The translations under genes were made by a program, and so were the position numbers. The notes below the pieces were generated by a model. It did not search any database. It had not been told where the DNA came from and was given only the letters and a program-made list of their open reading frames with translations. 64,000 nt of DNA from Octopus vulgaris (lineage: Eukaryota): the NCBI GenBank assembly GCA_951406725.2, contig OX597816.1, positions 45,136,001 through 45,200,000 on the forward strand, read 5' to 3'. Below are positions 1 to 12,936 of this stretch, in pieces. Every line of letters begins with the position of its first letter. Positions within the stretch are counted from its first letter, which is position 1.

Positions 1-72
1 TGTAGCCTTGGCCCAACGTAAGAAATTATTATTCAAAAATGACTGAAATGGAAAAAATGGAACATATCTTAC

Positions 73-145
73 TTGATTTTTTCTTTCTCTATCTCATTCT
101 TCAAACTTTGTTCTACTTCATCGGGGTTATCAGGATCAAGCTTTC
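73..145 (-). CDS. KIF6: KIF6 coding exon, 73 nt, phase 1-2; gene continues beyond window start
   Basis: tttttcag| acceptor and AA|gtaaga donor. Encodes (G)KLDPDNPDEVEQSLKNEIEKEKI, matching KIF6 PDQQEEKLRSQLEEEKRR. Confidence 0.9.
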
Positions 146-3100
146 CTGAAAAATGTTTTGAAAAAAAAAAAAAAAATAACAAGCATTACCATCATCATCA
201 TCTTCATCAAATCATGACAACAGCAACATGATGATGATGGTGGTGGTGGTGGTGAGGATGATATCTAAATCAAATATTAAAAAGGTTTATATGAGAACAT
301 TAACAAAATAATAATAAATACAATAACAAAGGAAGATACCCTGGTATTGATAGAAATTCAAGTATATCAGAGGGAACATGAAGCAAAAGCCTTGAATGCA
401 ATAATGAAAAAAAAAAAAACTCAATGGATCAGAATGGGCAAAAAATAAACATTAAAAATCACACTATCATCACAAATATGACTCACCATATTTAGCACAA
501 AACCTACTGAACTGAAAATTACTGGAATGGTAATCCCCTGGGCTTGTTAAGGTTTTCAATTTTTAGATGAAGCATCTGACCAGTATTCATTGCAGTGTTG
601 CCGAACAAGCTCTTGTGGACCTGAACTAGCTCTGTGCTTTTTTAATGTAATTAACTCAAGATTCTTGTATTTTGCACTGAGTTCCTACCTCAGATCTAAT
701 TTTAATAATTACATTCTTCCTTTGGCATTGTTTTTTTCTTGCAAAACAACAAAAGGTGCAGGTGTCCTCCATTATAGCTCCAAACTGAACAAAGCCTTTT
801 GATGGAATTCAGTGGATGGAAACTGTATGGAAGACAGCCTGTCCATCCGTCCGTTCAAGAATCAAAATCAGAATCTTTTGATCATGAGTCCAACACCCAA
901 CACCCAAACTAGTAAGCTATGTGCCTCCTCACAGTCACTAAAACACACACATACTCATATACACATATTTAAATCCCACTACCACTTGAAACCAGTGTGG
1001 GTTTATTTATATTCACAAGATTTAGCAGTCTGGCAAAAGAGAATAATAGAGTAAGCACCAGATTTTGATAAAATAATAAGTACTAGGAGAAAATTTGTTC
1101 AGCTAAACCCTTCAAGACATTTTCCCCACATGACTGAAACAAGTAAAAGACAGAATAGATAAAAAGTATTGCTTATTCAAAATTGTATAATCTAGGAAAG
1201 AAAAATACAAAAATACAAAAAAACTATGAAATGTAAATAAAATTTAGTTTCATTTATTTATTGTACCACAAACCAATGATAAACGAATACAAAACTGCAA
1301 TTTTAAAATGCAAGTATACACGATGAGAAAATATTTATATTTGATAATTTTTATGTCAAGTATCAAGTTTTTAAAATTTATCTCTTTTATAAGCGTTCAA
1401 ATTTTCATTTCTGGCTTCTGTTCCTAACAGCTTGCTGCCTTTTGAACATTTTGATTTGGCAACACAGAGTAACGAGCAGTAACATACAAGGAATTGGTAA
1501 ACATTTTGGTATCAGCACTTGAATGGCTTTGGAGTAGAAACAACTTTAATTCTCCAGAACAGAAATAGTAAGGCCCCCTTCCCACCATCTGCCAGCCGTT
1601 CAAGAATTTGGACCTGGAGATCTCCATTTCCAGCGACTTCGAGGGCAACCTCCCAGTGCTGTCAGGCATCAACGAAGAGCCCTCGACTACAACAAGACGA
1701 CCGAAGTTTATTTTTTTCCAAGGTCTGGGGTCTCCTGCCCCTAAGCCATAGACCATCACCTAATCACCCTTACCCGTCTTGTTGCTTAACAACAACAACA
1801 GCAACAACCATCTGCCAGATCTTGCCAATGACAAACAAATAGGTTAGACGCTCACCTGGAAAGCTGTAACACGTTACTATAGAAGCAGAAAGAGAGCCCA
1901 AAAGAGATGATGGCTGTAATGAACAGATGCTGGTGAGTCTCTAACACCAGCCCTAACCCATAAAAAGACAGCAAAAAGCAGCAAAGAAACCTAATGCGTA
2001 TGGATGGATTGATTGCCAAAAAACATTTTGATAGTATACCACACTCTTGGACACCAGAAACATTCCACATAAAAAGGAGCTCCAATATTAGCTTCAAATT
2101 TTGGAACTAGGCCAGTAAGTTCAGTGGAGGGGTTAATTTGTTTACATTAACTGGTACTTAATCTATTGACCTCAAAAGGATGAAAGGCAAAGTCAACCTT
2201 GGCAGAATTTGAACTCAGAATATAAAGACAGACAAAATACCATTAAACATTTTGTCTGGCATGCTAACAATTCAGCCAGTTCACCACCTTGAATTAGATT
2301 AATATAAAAAAAATTGAACACAATGTCAGTAATAAAATAATAGGAATAAATACACCAGATACCTATCAATGAACTGCAATTTCAACATAATAAACTGGAA
2401 ATTAAGTGAAGCTACCCAGTCTTGGCTAAGTTTGAGCATTTAGTTGGTGAAGTCATGTGGCTAGGGCCCTGATAATATAATTTTGTGGTTCCTAATGAGT
2501 CATGATTAAGAGCACCAAGAAATACAAAGGCACAGATTGTAAATTACTGCCACATTTTATTTCAACACCTAACAGAAGGTACAGCAAGCAGGTACAACAT
2601 GAATAATACTGTCAGTAAATATACAGGTACAACAGATAAAGGAAGAAAGAGTGAGAGAAAGTTGTAGTGAAAGAGTATAGCAGGGTTCGCTACCACCCCC
2701 TGCTGGAGCCTTATGGAGCTTTAGGTGTTTTCGCTCAATAAACACTCACAACGCCCGGCTTGGGAATCGAAACCGCGATCCTATGACTGCAAGTCCGCTG
2801 CCCTAACCACTGGGCTATTGTGCCTCTCCACAGATATAGGTTATGAAGACGAGACATCAGATATGTGGAGGAGATATAAGACATGCAGAGGAGATATAGG
2901 ATATGAGACAAAATATTGTAAACTATTTAGTCTTCACTTTTAATATTAGCAGCAATCATCAGAAGAATTATGGTGATGGTTTCTTTTGACAGACTGATAT
3001 ACAGCCAATATTGTATGATGCCAAGAACATTCAGACTATTCTTTATGTCACAAATGTCAAGAAATGTCATCAAAAATGTCAGCAAATGAAAGATATCTTT

Positions 3101-3214
3101 GCTGCTAAGAATAAACATCTCAACAAAAGTTTTCATAAGTACGTAGCGTATTTGACCAAAATAACTATGTAACTACACAACTGATGAAGCATTTTCACAC
3201 ACATTTGCATCTCT

Positions 3215-3605
3215 TTGTTTCTTTGTCACTTCTATTGTTAATAAGGTAAACAGGGTCTTCTATATGGTTGCTAGAACTGCTAGACATAACAGTCAAATTT
3301 CTCTCATATTGTGCCCTATCATGATGTCATCTGAAATGACATCATGTTAGGGCACCTTTTGGTTTCTTTATCTCTTCTATTGGTAATAAAATAAACAGGG
3401 TTTTCTATATGGTTGCTAGAACTGCTAGACATAACAGTAAAATTTCTCTCATATTGTACCCTATCATGATGTCATCTGAGATGACATCATATTAGGACAC
3501 ATATTGTTTCTTTATTTCTTCCATTGGTAATAAAATAAACAGGGCTGATAGAACTGCTAGACATAACAGTCAAATTTCTCTCATATTGTGCCCTATCATG
3601 AAGTC
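3215..3605. repeat. About 145-bp tandem repeat (about 2.7 units), each full unit with a 20-bp hairpin
   Basis: AACAGGG...GCTAGAACTGCTAGACATAACAG recurs at 3249, 3394 and 3538. Hairpins at 3311-3355 and 3456-3500. Confidence 0.92.
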
Positions 3606-3685
3606 ATGCATATACATTTTGGTAAACTAAGACAAATTATCATAGATATAAGAATATATTATAAAATATTTGGCTCTGAACTCAC

Positions 3686-3736
3686 CTTGTAGTCCACACT
3701 GTAACCTGTGCTGTTCCACTTTGGACTTCAACTGAT
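3686..3736 (-). CDS. KIF6: KIF6 short coding exon, 51 nt, phase 1-1
   Basis: ctttctttctcag| acceptor and G|gtgag donor. Encodes (N)QLKSKVEQHRLQCGLQ(G), matching the KIF6 HLKEEITQRHIQQVALG segment. In frame with both neighbouring exons. Confidence 0.9.
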
Positions 3737-3804
3737 CTGAGAAAGAAAGAAGCAATAGGGAGACATGGCATACAGGAGAGGGGTGTGTTAAAAGCGATGG
3801 GGGT

Positions 3805-4445
3805 TATTATGATGATGATGGTGATGACGACAACAGTTGTGATAAGGACAGTGACAACAGGAATGATAACAGGATGATGAACAGGGCTATCATCATAGAG
3901 ATGATGATCATAGTGATAAAAGGTGACAATGAAAAATGATGGCAATGGCAAAGATGATGATGATGATGATGACAAGGGCTGTAATGAAGATAATGATAAT
4001 GATGATGATGATGATGAAACAGCATCATAAAGGTGATGATCATAATGATGAAGGGGACATTGAAAAAGATGATGATGATAATGGTGGTGGTGGTGGTGGT
4101 GGTGGTAGTGGGGGCGATGATGATGAGGATGATGATGATGGTGGTAGTGCTGGTGGTGGTGGCAGTGGTGGTGGTGATTAGAGGTTGGTGATGGTGGTGG
4201 TAGTGGGGGCGATGATGATGATGGTGATAGTGCTGATGGTGGTGGTGGTGGTGGTAGTGAGGATGGTGATGATGACAATGAAGGAGAGGAGTGTAACAAT
4301 GAGGATGATGATGATGATGGTGGTGGTGGTGGTGGTGGTGGTGACGGCGGTGGCGGCGGTTGTGGTGGTGGTGTTGGTGGAGGTAGAAATCACAACAATA
4401 ATGATAACGATGATGATGATGTCTGTAATAAACTACCACCACCAT
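3805..4445. repeat. Compound (GAT)n/(GGT)n trinucleotide region
   Basis: Visible directly; source of the poly-His, poly-Thr and poly-Val ORFs. Confidence 0.95.
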
Positions 4446-4781
4446 CTTTACAAATATTAAGAATAAATAAATAAAAAGTACATGAAGTAACACAAGGACA
4501 GTCAGACAACTTTTCTACCTCCACGTGGTTCCATCAGGAAGGATTCATTACTTCAGAAGCGAACCATTCCAGGCATCCAACATGATAAAAAAAGAAAACA
4601 CTTATTTTAATCTTGTATTTCAAGCAGCAAATATACCATGGTAGTGAAATATCCACTCAGAGGATAAGGTGTGTTAAGTCAAAGATGTAACCCCTTACAT
4701 GGATGCTAGGTATGGTAGAAATAGCAGGTAAATCTTCCTTGGATCACACCTAGCCATCTTTAAAAGTGAAGGAGACATATG

Positions 4782-6819
4782 TTAGTTAGTTAGTTAGTTA
4801 GTTAATTTGGCTCAAAAGCAAATAGCAAGGCCATGTAGGGGGACATGGAGTTAAGTACAGGGTGGTGTTCATGTAAAGAGTTCAGGCCACTTGAGGTCCA
4901 GGGAGGCTTTGAACAAAGCGGTCGTCGGCATCTTCACCATCTCGTCTGGCAGCTTGTTCCACGGATCCGCAACCCGGACGGAGAAAGCTCCTCTCCTTCG
5001 ATTGAGATGAAATCGTCGCAGGTAGAGCTTTTCGGAATGACCCCGCAGCCGACGCTCCGGAGCAGGAGTGAAGAACAGCTCTTTCGAGAGGTTACACTTC
5101 CTGCTTATGATGTTGTGGGCGAGAATGAGATCACCACGGCGGCGGCGTTTTTCAAGAGAATAAAGGTCGAGCGTCCTCAGCCTTTCTTCGTAGGACAAAT
5201 TTTTGAGACCATGAACCATGCGGGTAGCCAGCCTCTGGACTCTTTCGAGATGCTGTATGTCTTTGAGGAGATAAGGAGAAGAGGCTTGAATCCCATACTC
5301 CAATATGGGTCTCACCAGCGTGACATAGAGTGGTAGGAATATGGCTGCTGTGAGCATTCCGAATGACCGTCGAATCAAAAACAGAATTCCGCGCGCTTTG
5401 TTGGCAGCATGGACGCACTGGGCTGAAGGCGAAAAGGAGGAATCCACCAAGATACCCAGGTCCTTTACCTGATCGGTCCTCTCCAGCAGCAGACGACCCG
5501 GCTCGAAATCAAGTTGAGTTGCAGGAGTAGAGCCGACAGGCAGAAGACAGCACTTTGACACGTTCAGACACAGGTCCCAATCGTTAGACCACTTCCAAAT
5601 TTGGTGGAGGCATCGACGAAGATCCTCTATACTACCGCGAGGAGCGACCAGTTTGATATCGTCGGCAAATAGAAGGGTGTGTTGCGTGAGGTCGTCGGGC
5701 AAGTCATTTATGAAGACTAAGAACAACAAGGGCCCAAGCACTGAACCTTGAGGCACGCCACTGCTCGCACTGGAGACGTCGGACCGCGAACCATTAACTT
5801 GAACTTGGAAGGAGCGATCTGAGAGGAAGGCACCAACCCATCGTACAATATCCGGATGGAAACTATATGCTTGAAGCTTGACAAGTAGTAGGCGGTGGTT
5901 TACCGAGTCAAAAGCTTTGGCAAAGTCCAATAAAACGATGTCAACAGCATCACTATCATCAAGGATGCGCGTCACCAATTCTTCCATTACTAGTAAGTTG
6001 GTCAAGCATGATCTCTTCGGCACGAAGCCGTGTTGGGAATCAGTGATCGAGGCTGTGTTTAGGAGGTGGAGCATCATACTTTTCTTAAGGATGGTTTCGA
6101 ACATCTTGCTGATTATTGATGTAAGGGAAACCGGTCGGTAGTTAAGCGGGTCTTCGCGGCTCCCTTTCTTGAAAATTGGGCAGATTATCGCTGTTCTCCA
6201 GTCTGCAGGTATAACACCCGTCGCCAATGACATATTGAATAGTCGTGTTAAGGGCTCGCAGATGACCGGAGCCAACGCTTTGATAACCTGTGGGTGTATG
6301 CCGTCAGGGCCGTGACCCTTGTTGACATCGAGGCCTTGAATAACACGTTTGACTTCGTCCCGCGTGATGACCAATCGAAGCATTGGAGGTACCGATCTAT
6401 CAAATGGAGGGGGTTCACGACCATCATCTTGTTTGAAAATAGTTGAAAAAGCCTCGGCAAATAATTGACTCTGTTGATAAGGGTCCTCAATCGATACGCC
6501 TGTTGAGTCTACCAACGTTGCAATCTGGTTGTTCAAGCGGGAATTCCGCTGGACATGGGCAAAGAAGGTTTTTGGATTGCTACTGGCATTTGCCGCGATT
6601 TTGTATTCATAACTGAAGCGTTCTTTCTTTTCAATTTTCACGGCTCGGTCTCGTTGAGTTTTGTACACCTCAAAAGCTGCAGTCGAATCCAGATTTTTGA
6701 ATTCAGCCCAAGCAATATCTCTGAGTCGACGTTCTCGTTTAACCTTCTTCGTCACCCAGGGCTTGTGTTTCTTCCTCTTGGGAAGCCCAACGGGAACTGC
6801 CTGGTCAGTCAAACAGATT
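4782..6819 (-). mobile_element. Young 5'-truncated CR1-clade LINE with (TAAC)n tail and 7-bp TSD ACATATG
   Basis: Uninterrupted RT ORF and a short 3'UTR with a CCATGT/ACATGG stem-loop. (TAAC)n tail at 4782-4805. ACATATG at 4775-4781 and 6820-6826. The two flanks rejoin as one older SINE-like repeat. Confidence 0.93.
4869..6812 (-). CDS. LINE ORF2 fragment: reverse transcriptase plus CR1 C-terminal domain; endonuclease missing
   Basis: 647 codons without a stop. Motifs GPDGI, PIFKKG...NYRPVSLTS, QHGF, LDFAKAFD, GVPQGSVLGPLLF, FADD, KDLG and LERVQR...YEERL...LEKRRRRGDLI. The listed start is TTG at the truncation point, not a true initiator. Confidence 0.95.
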   Translation of the reverse strand: MTDQAVPVGLPKRKKHKPWVTKKVKRERRLRDIAWAEFKNLDSTAAFEVYKTQRDRAVKIEKKERFSYEYKIAANASSNPKTFFAHVQRNSRLNNQIATLVDSTGVSIEDPYQQSQLFAEAFSTIFKQDDGREPPPFDRSVPPMLRLVITRDEVKRVIQGLDVNKGHGPDGIHPQVIKALAPVICEPLTRLFNMSLATGVIPADWRTAIICPIFKKGSREDPLNYRPVSLTSIISKMFETILKKSMMLHLLNTASITDSQHGFVPKRSCLTNLLVMEELVTRILDDSDAVDIVLLDFAKAFDSVNHRLLLVKLQAYSFHPDIVRWVGAFLSDRSFQVQVNGSRSDVSSASSGVPQGSVLGPLLFLVFINDLPDDLTQHTLLFADDIKLVAPRGSIEDLRRCLHQIWKWSNDWDLCLNVSKCCLLPVGSTPATQLDFEPGRLLLERTDQVKDLGILVDSSFSPSAQCVHAANKARGILFLIRRSFGMLTAAIFLPLYVTLVRPILEYGIQASSPYLLKDIQHLERVQRLATRMVHGLKNLSYEERLRTLDLYSLEKRRRRGDLILAHNIISRKCNLSKELFFTPAPERRLRGHSEKLYLRRFHLNRRRGAFSVRVADPWNKLPDEMVKMPTTALFKASLDLKWPELFT

Positions 6820-6959
6820 ACATATGCTTTGAGGGATGACCATAGTTCGTATCTAAAATACTGAGACTTTGGTCATGATTAGTATGCCAGGCAAAATGCA
6901 TAACAGCATTTCGTCCGGCTCTTTACATTCTGAGTCCAGACACCTGCTTTTTGGAGTCG

Positions 6960-7597
6960 ATGAAATAATCACCAGAGAAGACACGGCAAGCCAAGTGAGA
7001 CCATAACCTAGTGGCCTATGCCAGGGGTGTAACCAGCCCATTTATGTGTACCTTTCCTTCATTGGACACTAAACTCTGCTTGTGAAGACCTGTTGAGGCA
7101 AGTGAAATCGAAATTGAAATCAAATTCGATAAATGGCATCCATGCTAGTGGAGCGCTAAGAGCACCATCCAAGAGTGAATGTTGCCAGAGCAACAAACTG
7201 GCTTCCATGCCGGTGGCATGTAAAAAGCACCATTCGAGTGTGGTCGTTACCTGCATCGCCTTACTGGCACTTGTGCTGGTGGCACGTGAAAAACATTTGA
7301 GCGAGGTCGTTGCCAGTGTCGCTGGACTGGCTCCTCTGCAGGTGACACATAAAAAGCACCATTTGAGCGTGGCTGTTGCCAGTACTGCCTGACTGGCCCT
7401 TGTCCTGGTGGTATGTAAAAGCACCCACTACACTCTCGGAGTGGTTGGCATTAGGAAGGACATCCAGCTGTAGAAACTCTGCCAGATCAGATTGGAGCCT
7501 GGTGCAGCCATCTAGTTCGCCAGTCCTCAGCCAAATCGTCCAACCCATGCTAGCATGGAAAGCAGACGTTAAACGATGATGATGATGATGATGATGG
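6960..7597 (+). mobile_element. Long SINE-like retroposon with (GAT)n tail ('family E')
   Basis: ...GAGTGGTTGGCATTAGGAAGG.CATCCAGCTGTAGAAA...GACGTTAAACGATGATGAT. Copies at 32370-32830, 33515-33792, 50178-50673, 59165-59605 and others. Confidence 0.88.
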
Positions 7598-8447
7598 ACA
7601 CTGGGATCAATGTAATCAACTGACCCCATCCCTCAAAATGCCAGGCATTGTGCCTAGAGTAGAAAGAATTGCTTAGCAGAATTGTTAACATGATCACGGC
7701 GAGCTGGCAGAAACATTAGCATGCTGAGTGAAATGCTTAGTGGTTCAGAGTTCAAAGGTTGACTTTGCCTTTCATCTTTTCGAGGTCTATTAAATAAGTG
7801 CCAGTTATGCACTGGGGTTGATATAATCAACTTAATCCGTTTGTCCGTCCTTGTTTGTTCCCTCTGTGTTTAGCCCCTTGTGGGCAGTAAAGAAATAAGA
7901 ATTGTTAGCATGATGGACAAAATGCTTTGTGGCATTTCATCAATCTTTATGTTCTGAATTCAAATGCTGCCAAGGTTAACTTTGCCTTTCGTCATTTCAG
8001 GGTCAATGAGATAAGTACCAGACAAGTACTAGTTTTGATGAAAATCAACTAGCCCCAGCCCAAAATTTCAGGCCTTCTGAGTTCAAATTTCACCAACATC
8101 GACTTTACCTTTCCTCCTTTCATGGTCGATAAATTAAGTATCGACTATACCCCTCCCCACAACTTCAGGCTTTGTACCTATAGCAGAAAGGATTATCATT
8201 ATTATCATTATTATTAAGGTGTCAAACTGGCAAAATCATTAGCACACCAGGTGGAATGCTCAGCAGTATTTTGTCTATCTTTATGTTCTAAGTTCAAATT
8301 CCATCAAGGTCATCTTTTCCTTTCATCTTTTTGTGGTTGATAAAATAAGTACCAGTTGAACACTGGGTTGAATGTAATCAACTATTCCCCTCCTCACAAA
8401 TTTCAGGTTTTGTGACTTTAGCAGAAAGGATCATTATTATTATTATT

Positions 8448-8981
8448 GAGTGAGTGAGCAGTGCATGCCATCAAAGTGACACTGGGGTAAAATATACAAA
8501 ACCCAGTATATTCATCATAACTACCCCTTCTGATAGGGGTACACTAGGCACATGCATCACAACCATGTGTGCGCGACATGGTGATCTCATATCAAGATAA
8601 ACAGCACATGACATTGCAGATGAGGCCCAGTTAGAATTTTCTTCTGCTCGAGTAACTCATCCCGCTCAAAAGGTCCCGGAATAAAGGTTGTTTAAGGATG
8701 TTGAACGAAACACCCATGTTTCCAGAGGTGAATTATTCAAACCCCAAAGAATCCCTCTCAACACACGGCTATGATGCTTCCCCTCTACTCCTGCTCGTGA
8801 TCAGAGATGCACATATCGTCAGCCACTAAGGGACATGCTCAACTGGTTAAGGTCAAACAACTGACAAGAAAATCTGTGGTATTGAGCAGAATATTTGCTA
8901 TAGCCCATCTTTTATACCAAGACAAAACAATGTACATGATAACACTTCCAATCAGTTAAGATCAGAAGCCATGAGAGCCAC
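8448..8981 (-). mobile_element. About 540-bp non-coding element inserted in (TAA)n, copy 1
   Basis: Highly similar to 38040-38545 and 39136-39691; (ATT)n on both sides. Confidence 0.85.
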
Positions 8982-9014
<33 letters not shown>

Positions 9015-9015
9015 G

Positions 9016-9050
<35 letters not shown>

Positions 9051-9675
9051 GGTGGCAAGCTGGCAAGCTGGCAGAATCGTTAGCATGCTGGGTGAAATGC
9101 TTAGCAGTATTTCATCAGCCGCTACTTTCTGAGTTCAAATTCTGCCGACGTTGACTTTGCATTTCATCCTTTTGGGGGGTCAATAAATTAAGTAGCAGTC
9201 AAGTACTGGGATCAAAATAATCGACTATCCCACACCCCACAAATTCCAGTCCTTGTGCCTGTAGAAAACAAAAAAATTATTATTATTATTATTATTATTA
9301 TTAGTAGTAGTAGTAGTAGTAGTAGTAGTAGCAGCAGCAGCAGCAATAACAGCAACAATAGCAGTAGTTATGTTGGTGGTGATGTGGAAGCATTTTTGTT
9401 GGTGCCAATAATATCAGTATTGATAGTGGTGATTATGCTGACGATGTTGTTGCTGTTGTTGTTGTTGTTGGTGGTGGTGGTGTTGATGTTGTCATTGGTA
9501 ATATTATTGGTATTGTTAATGATGATGATGATGATGATGATAATGGTGATGCTGCTGTAGTTACTGCTGCTGCTGCAGTATTTTTGTTTATTTAATGTTG
9601 TTTGTAGTATTTGTTATTGTTGCTGTTTTGTTGTATTTTTTGGGAATGTATTATTATTATTATTATTATTATTAT

Positions 9676-9707
<32 letters not shown>

Positions 9708-10013
9708 ACAGCTGTACCAGCAGCAGTGATGGCAGGGGTGGTGATGGTGGTGGTGGTGGTTTTGGTTGTGGTGGCAGTGGTGTCTGTGTCTGTAGCGCAG
9801 TGGTCTCTGTGGTGGTGGTGATGGTGGTGGTGGTTGTGGTTGTGGTTGTGGTGGTTATGGTAGATGCTGCTTTGATAGGTGGAAATGATGGGTTTATGTG
9901 ATGAGATAGTAATTAGAAGAGAATGAAGAATTCTCAAAAGAAATGACAAAGAACACAAAGAAAAATAATAAAAAAAACCCAAAAAAAACTATCAGAGCTG
10001 AACACGTAGAAAG

Positions 10014-10015
<2 letters not shown>

Positions 10016-10070
<55 letters not shown>

Positions 10071-10430
10071 ATCTAAAAATAGTGGAAAAGAAGGAACCAA
10101 ACAAAACTAAAATAAAAATGAGAATAATTATCCCAAGTGAGAGAATTAAGGGAGTACATGTGACAGTGTGTCTTGGAAATAATAAGAGTCAAAAAATATA
10201 GTAAATAAGTAAATAATAAAGTAATTAGTGTCTGTCTGTGTGTATGTATGAATGTGTGTCAGTGTGTGTAAGTTTGTATGTATGTATGTATGTATGTATG
10301 TATGTATGTATGTATGTATGTGGGTATGTAAGTGTGTTTGTATGTATGTTTGTGCATGTGCTTGTAAATCTCTATGTATCCATATGTGTGTTTATATACA
10401 TATATATATATATCATCATCATCATCATCA

Positions 10431-10465
<35 letters not shown>

Positions 10466-10504
10466 TATATATATATTTATTTATAAACTGTACTCACATA
10501 TACA

Positions 10505-10578
<74 letters not shown>

Positions 10579-10743
10579 CACATATATATATATGCATACA
10601 CACACATATATATACATACATACATAGACACGCACGTATGCACAGTAGAAAAATATTGAAAATTGTAATTAAAATGAGGAAAAAAATTAAGAAATAATAA
10701 ATGAAAAGATATATTACAGTAATTAATAAAACAGACAGATGCA

Positions 10744-10802
<59 letters not shown>

Positions 10803-11039
10803 GCTTGTGTGTGTATACTTAAAAAAAAATTTTTTAATGCAATTAAAATGGAAGACAAACAAGATGAATAAATAACAGATAAATAATAATGTGTATGTAT
10901 ATATATATATATGCATGTATGTGTATATATATGCATGTATGTATATACTCACATACACACACATGTATATATTTGAAATTGTACTTATAAATTAGTGCAT
11001 GTACACTGTTGACTTTTTGTATGAACCTGTAGACATCTA

Positions 11040-11117
<78 letters not shown>

Positions 11118-11125
11118 TATGTATA
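10016..11125. repeat. (TA)n/(TATG)n/(CATA)n microsatellite field
   Basis: Visible directly; similar fields at 30540-30990 and 62915-63880. Confidence 0.95.
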
Positions 11126-11706
11126 CATAAAAATATATATGTAGGTCTGTATGACTTTGTATATATGTTTGTTTGTGCTTCTATGAATCATCAACAATAG
11201 ACACTGTAGAAATAGATTAACTTCTATCTTATATTCATTCCACCCTTACCATTACTGGAACTTTCATTTCCAATCTAGTCTTACTCACAACGTAAGTCAA
11301 TTAACCTCTTTTATTCATTTACCAATTTTTAAAAAACTTTTTATCATAAATATTACAGCCATTTTGCTATTTTCTTACCATCTTACATATCATGTTGAAC
11401 AAGTAATTTTGTATTCCTAACTCAACATGTCTCCAACCTTTATGCTCTACATGATTTAGTAGACACTTGAAATAACTGCTAAATTTTATTATCATCTACT
11501 TTATTAATTAATATTCAATTTTATTTATTCTATTACAAAGGCGTAGGAGTGGCTGTGTGGTAAGTAGCTTGCTTATCAACCACATGGTTCTGGGTTCAGT
11601 CCCACTGCATGGCACCTTGAGCAAGTGTCTTCTACTATAGCCTCGGGCCAACCAAAGCCTTGTGAGTGGATTTGGTAGACGGAAGCTGAAAGAAGCCCGT
11701 CGTATG

Positions 11707-11737
<31 letters not shown>

Positions 11738-12936
11738 GTGTATATATATGTGTGTGTGTGTGTATGTTTGTGTGTCTATGTTTGTCCCCCCAACATCGCT
11801 TAACAACCGATGGATGATGATGTTTAGCCCCTTGTGGGTAATAACGAAATACTGGATGATGATGATGATGATGATAATGATAAGAAATTATACAGCAATA
11901 TAGTTTTTAAAACACTAAAGCAGCTTAATTAAGTCCTGCTTGTTGAAGGATTTTAATTGCATTTTCGTTTTTGCAGTTAATAATTCAAGATTTTGCTTTT
12001 CGGGAAATTACCATTGCTTTAGAGAAAAGAGTACTGAAACCAAAAATCTCAGGAGATGCACATAGTAGCTTTGAGAGCCGCATGCAGCCGAAAGAAACCC
12101 ATTGTGTGTATGAGTGTGTGTGTTTCCCCCCATCACCACAATTTGACAACCGGTGTTGGTTTGTTTATGTCCCCATAACTTAGTATTTCGGCAAAAGAAG
12201 GTAACAGAATAAATACCAGTACTGCGGTTGATTCGTTCAGCTAAAAACTCTTCGAGGTAGTGCCCCAGCATGGCCACAATCTAATGACCGAAACAAGCAA
12301 CAAGACAGTAAAAGAGAAAGGTGTGTCACTCATTCTGCCTGTGAATTACCTCAAGGTTACATATCCGCAGAATACCCAGCCATTTAACAAACTAATGCGG
12401 CTGATTAAACAACCAAACACTTATAGATATCTATTTACTATCTCCATTTCTACTTATTATTAGCTAGATAGCTTCAATAAACCTTCTTCTTTTTCTTCCC
12501 TGTTACCAGTTTAAATTTCATTAGTTAATGACTTCATGATATCCTCCAAGTTTCAGATATCTAGAACATTCCTCTATAATTCATACATTTCATAAAATCG
12601 CCTCTTTTACATTGCCTTCATGCTGTCACATATTAATGACTTGGTGAAACTTTTATTTCTTCTACATAATAAAACTTTGAATTTTGTATTGAGTCGCTTT
12701 TTCACTTAATATCATACACATATCAAATATACATTTATATTATACATAAGTGCAAGCATGGCTGTGTGCTAAGAGCTTTGCTTCCTAACCACACAGTTCC
12801 CAGTTCAGTCCCACTGCATGATACTTTGAGCAAGTGTTTTCTGATACAGCCTCAGGCTGACCAATACCTTGGGTGGATTTGATAGACGCAAACTGAAAGA
12901 AGCCTGTCATATATATATATATATATATATATATAA

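Noticed and set aside
1424-1842. Overlapping 111-aa and 107-aa ORFs in a slightly GC-richer patch
   Set aside because: No recognisable domain or convincing splice sites; more likely an old repeat relic that I cannot classify.
3682-4493. Poly-His, poly-Ser/Pro and poly-Val ORFs
   Set aside because: Trinucleotide microsatellite. Only 3686-3736 is a real exon, and it is in a different frame from the listed 205-aa ORF.
4782-4805. Telomere-like (GTTA)n repeat
   Set aside because: It is the 3' tail of the CR1 LINE, not TTAGGG or TTAGG.
4845-6864. Plus-strand ORFs overlapping the RT
   Set aside because: Antisense shadows of the LINE ORF with no recognisable motifs.
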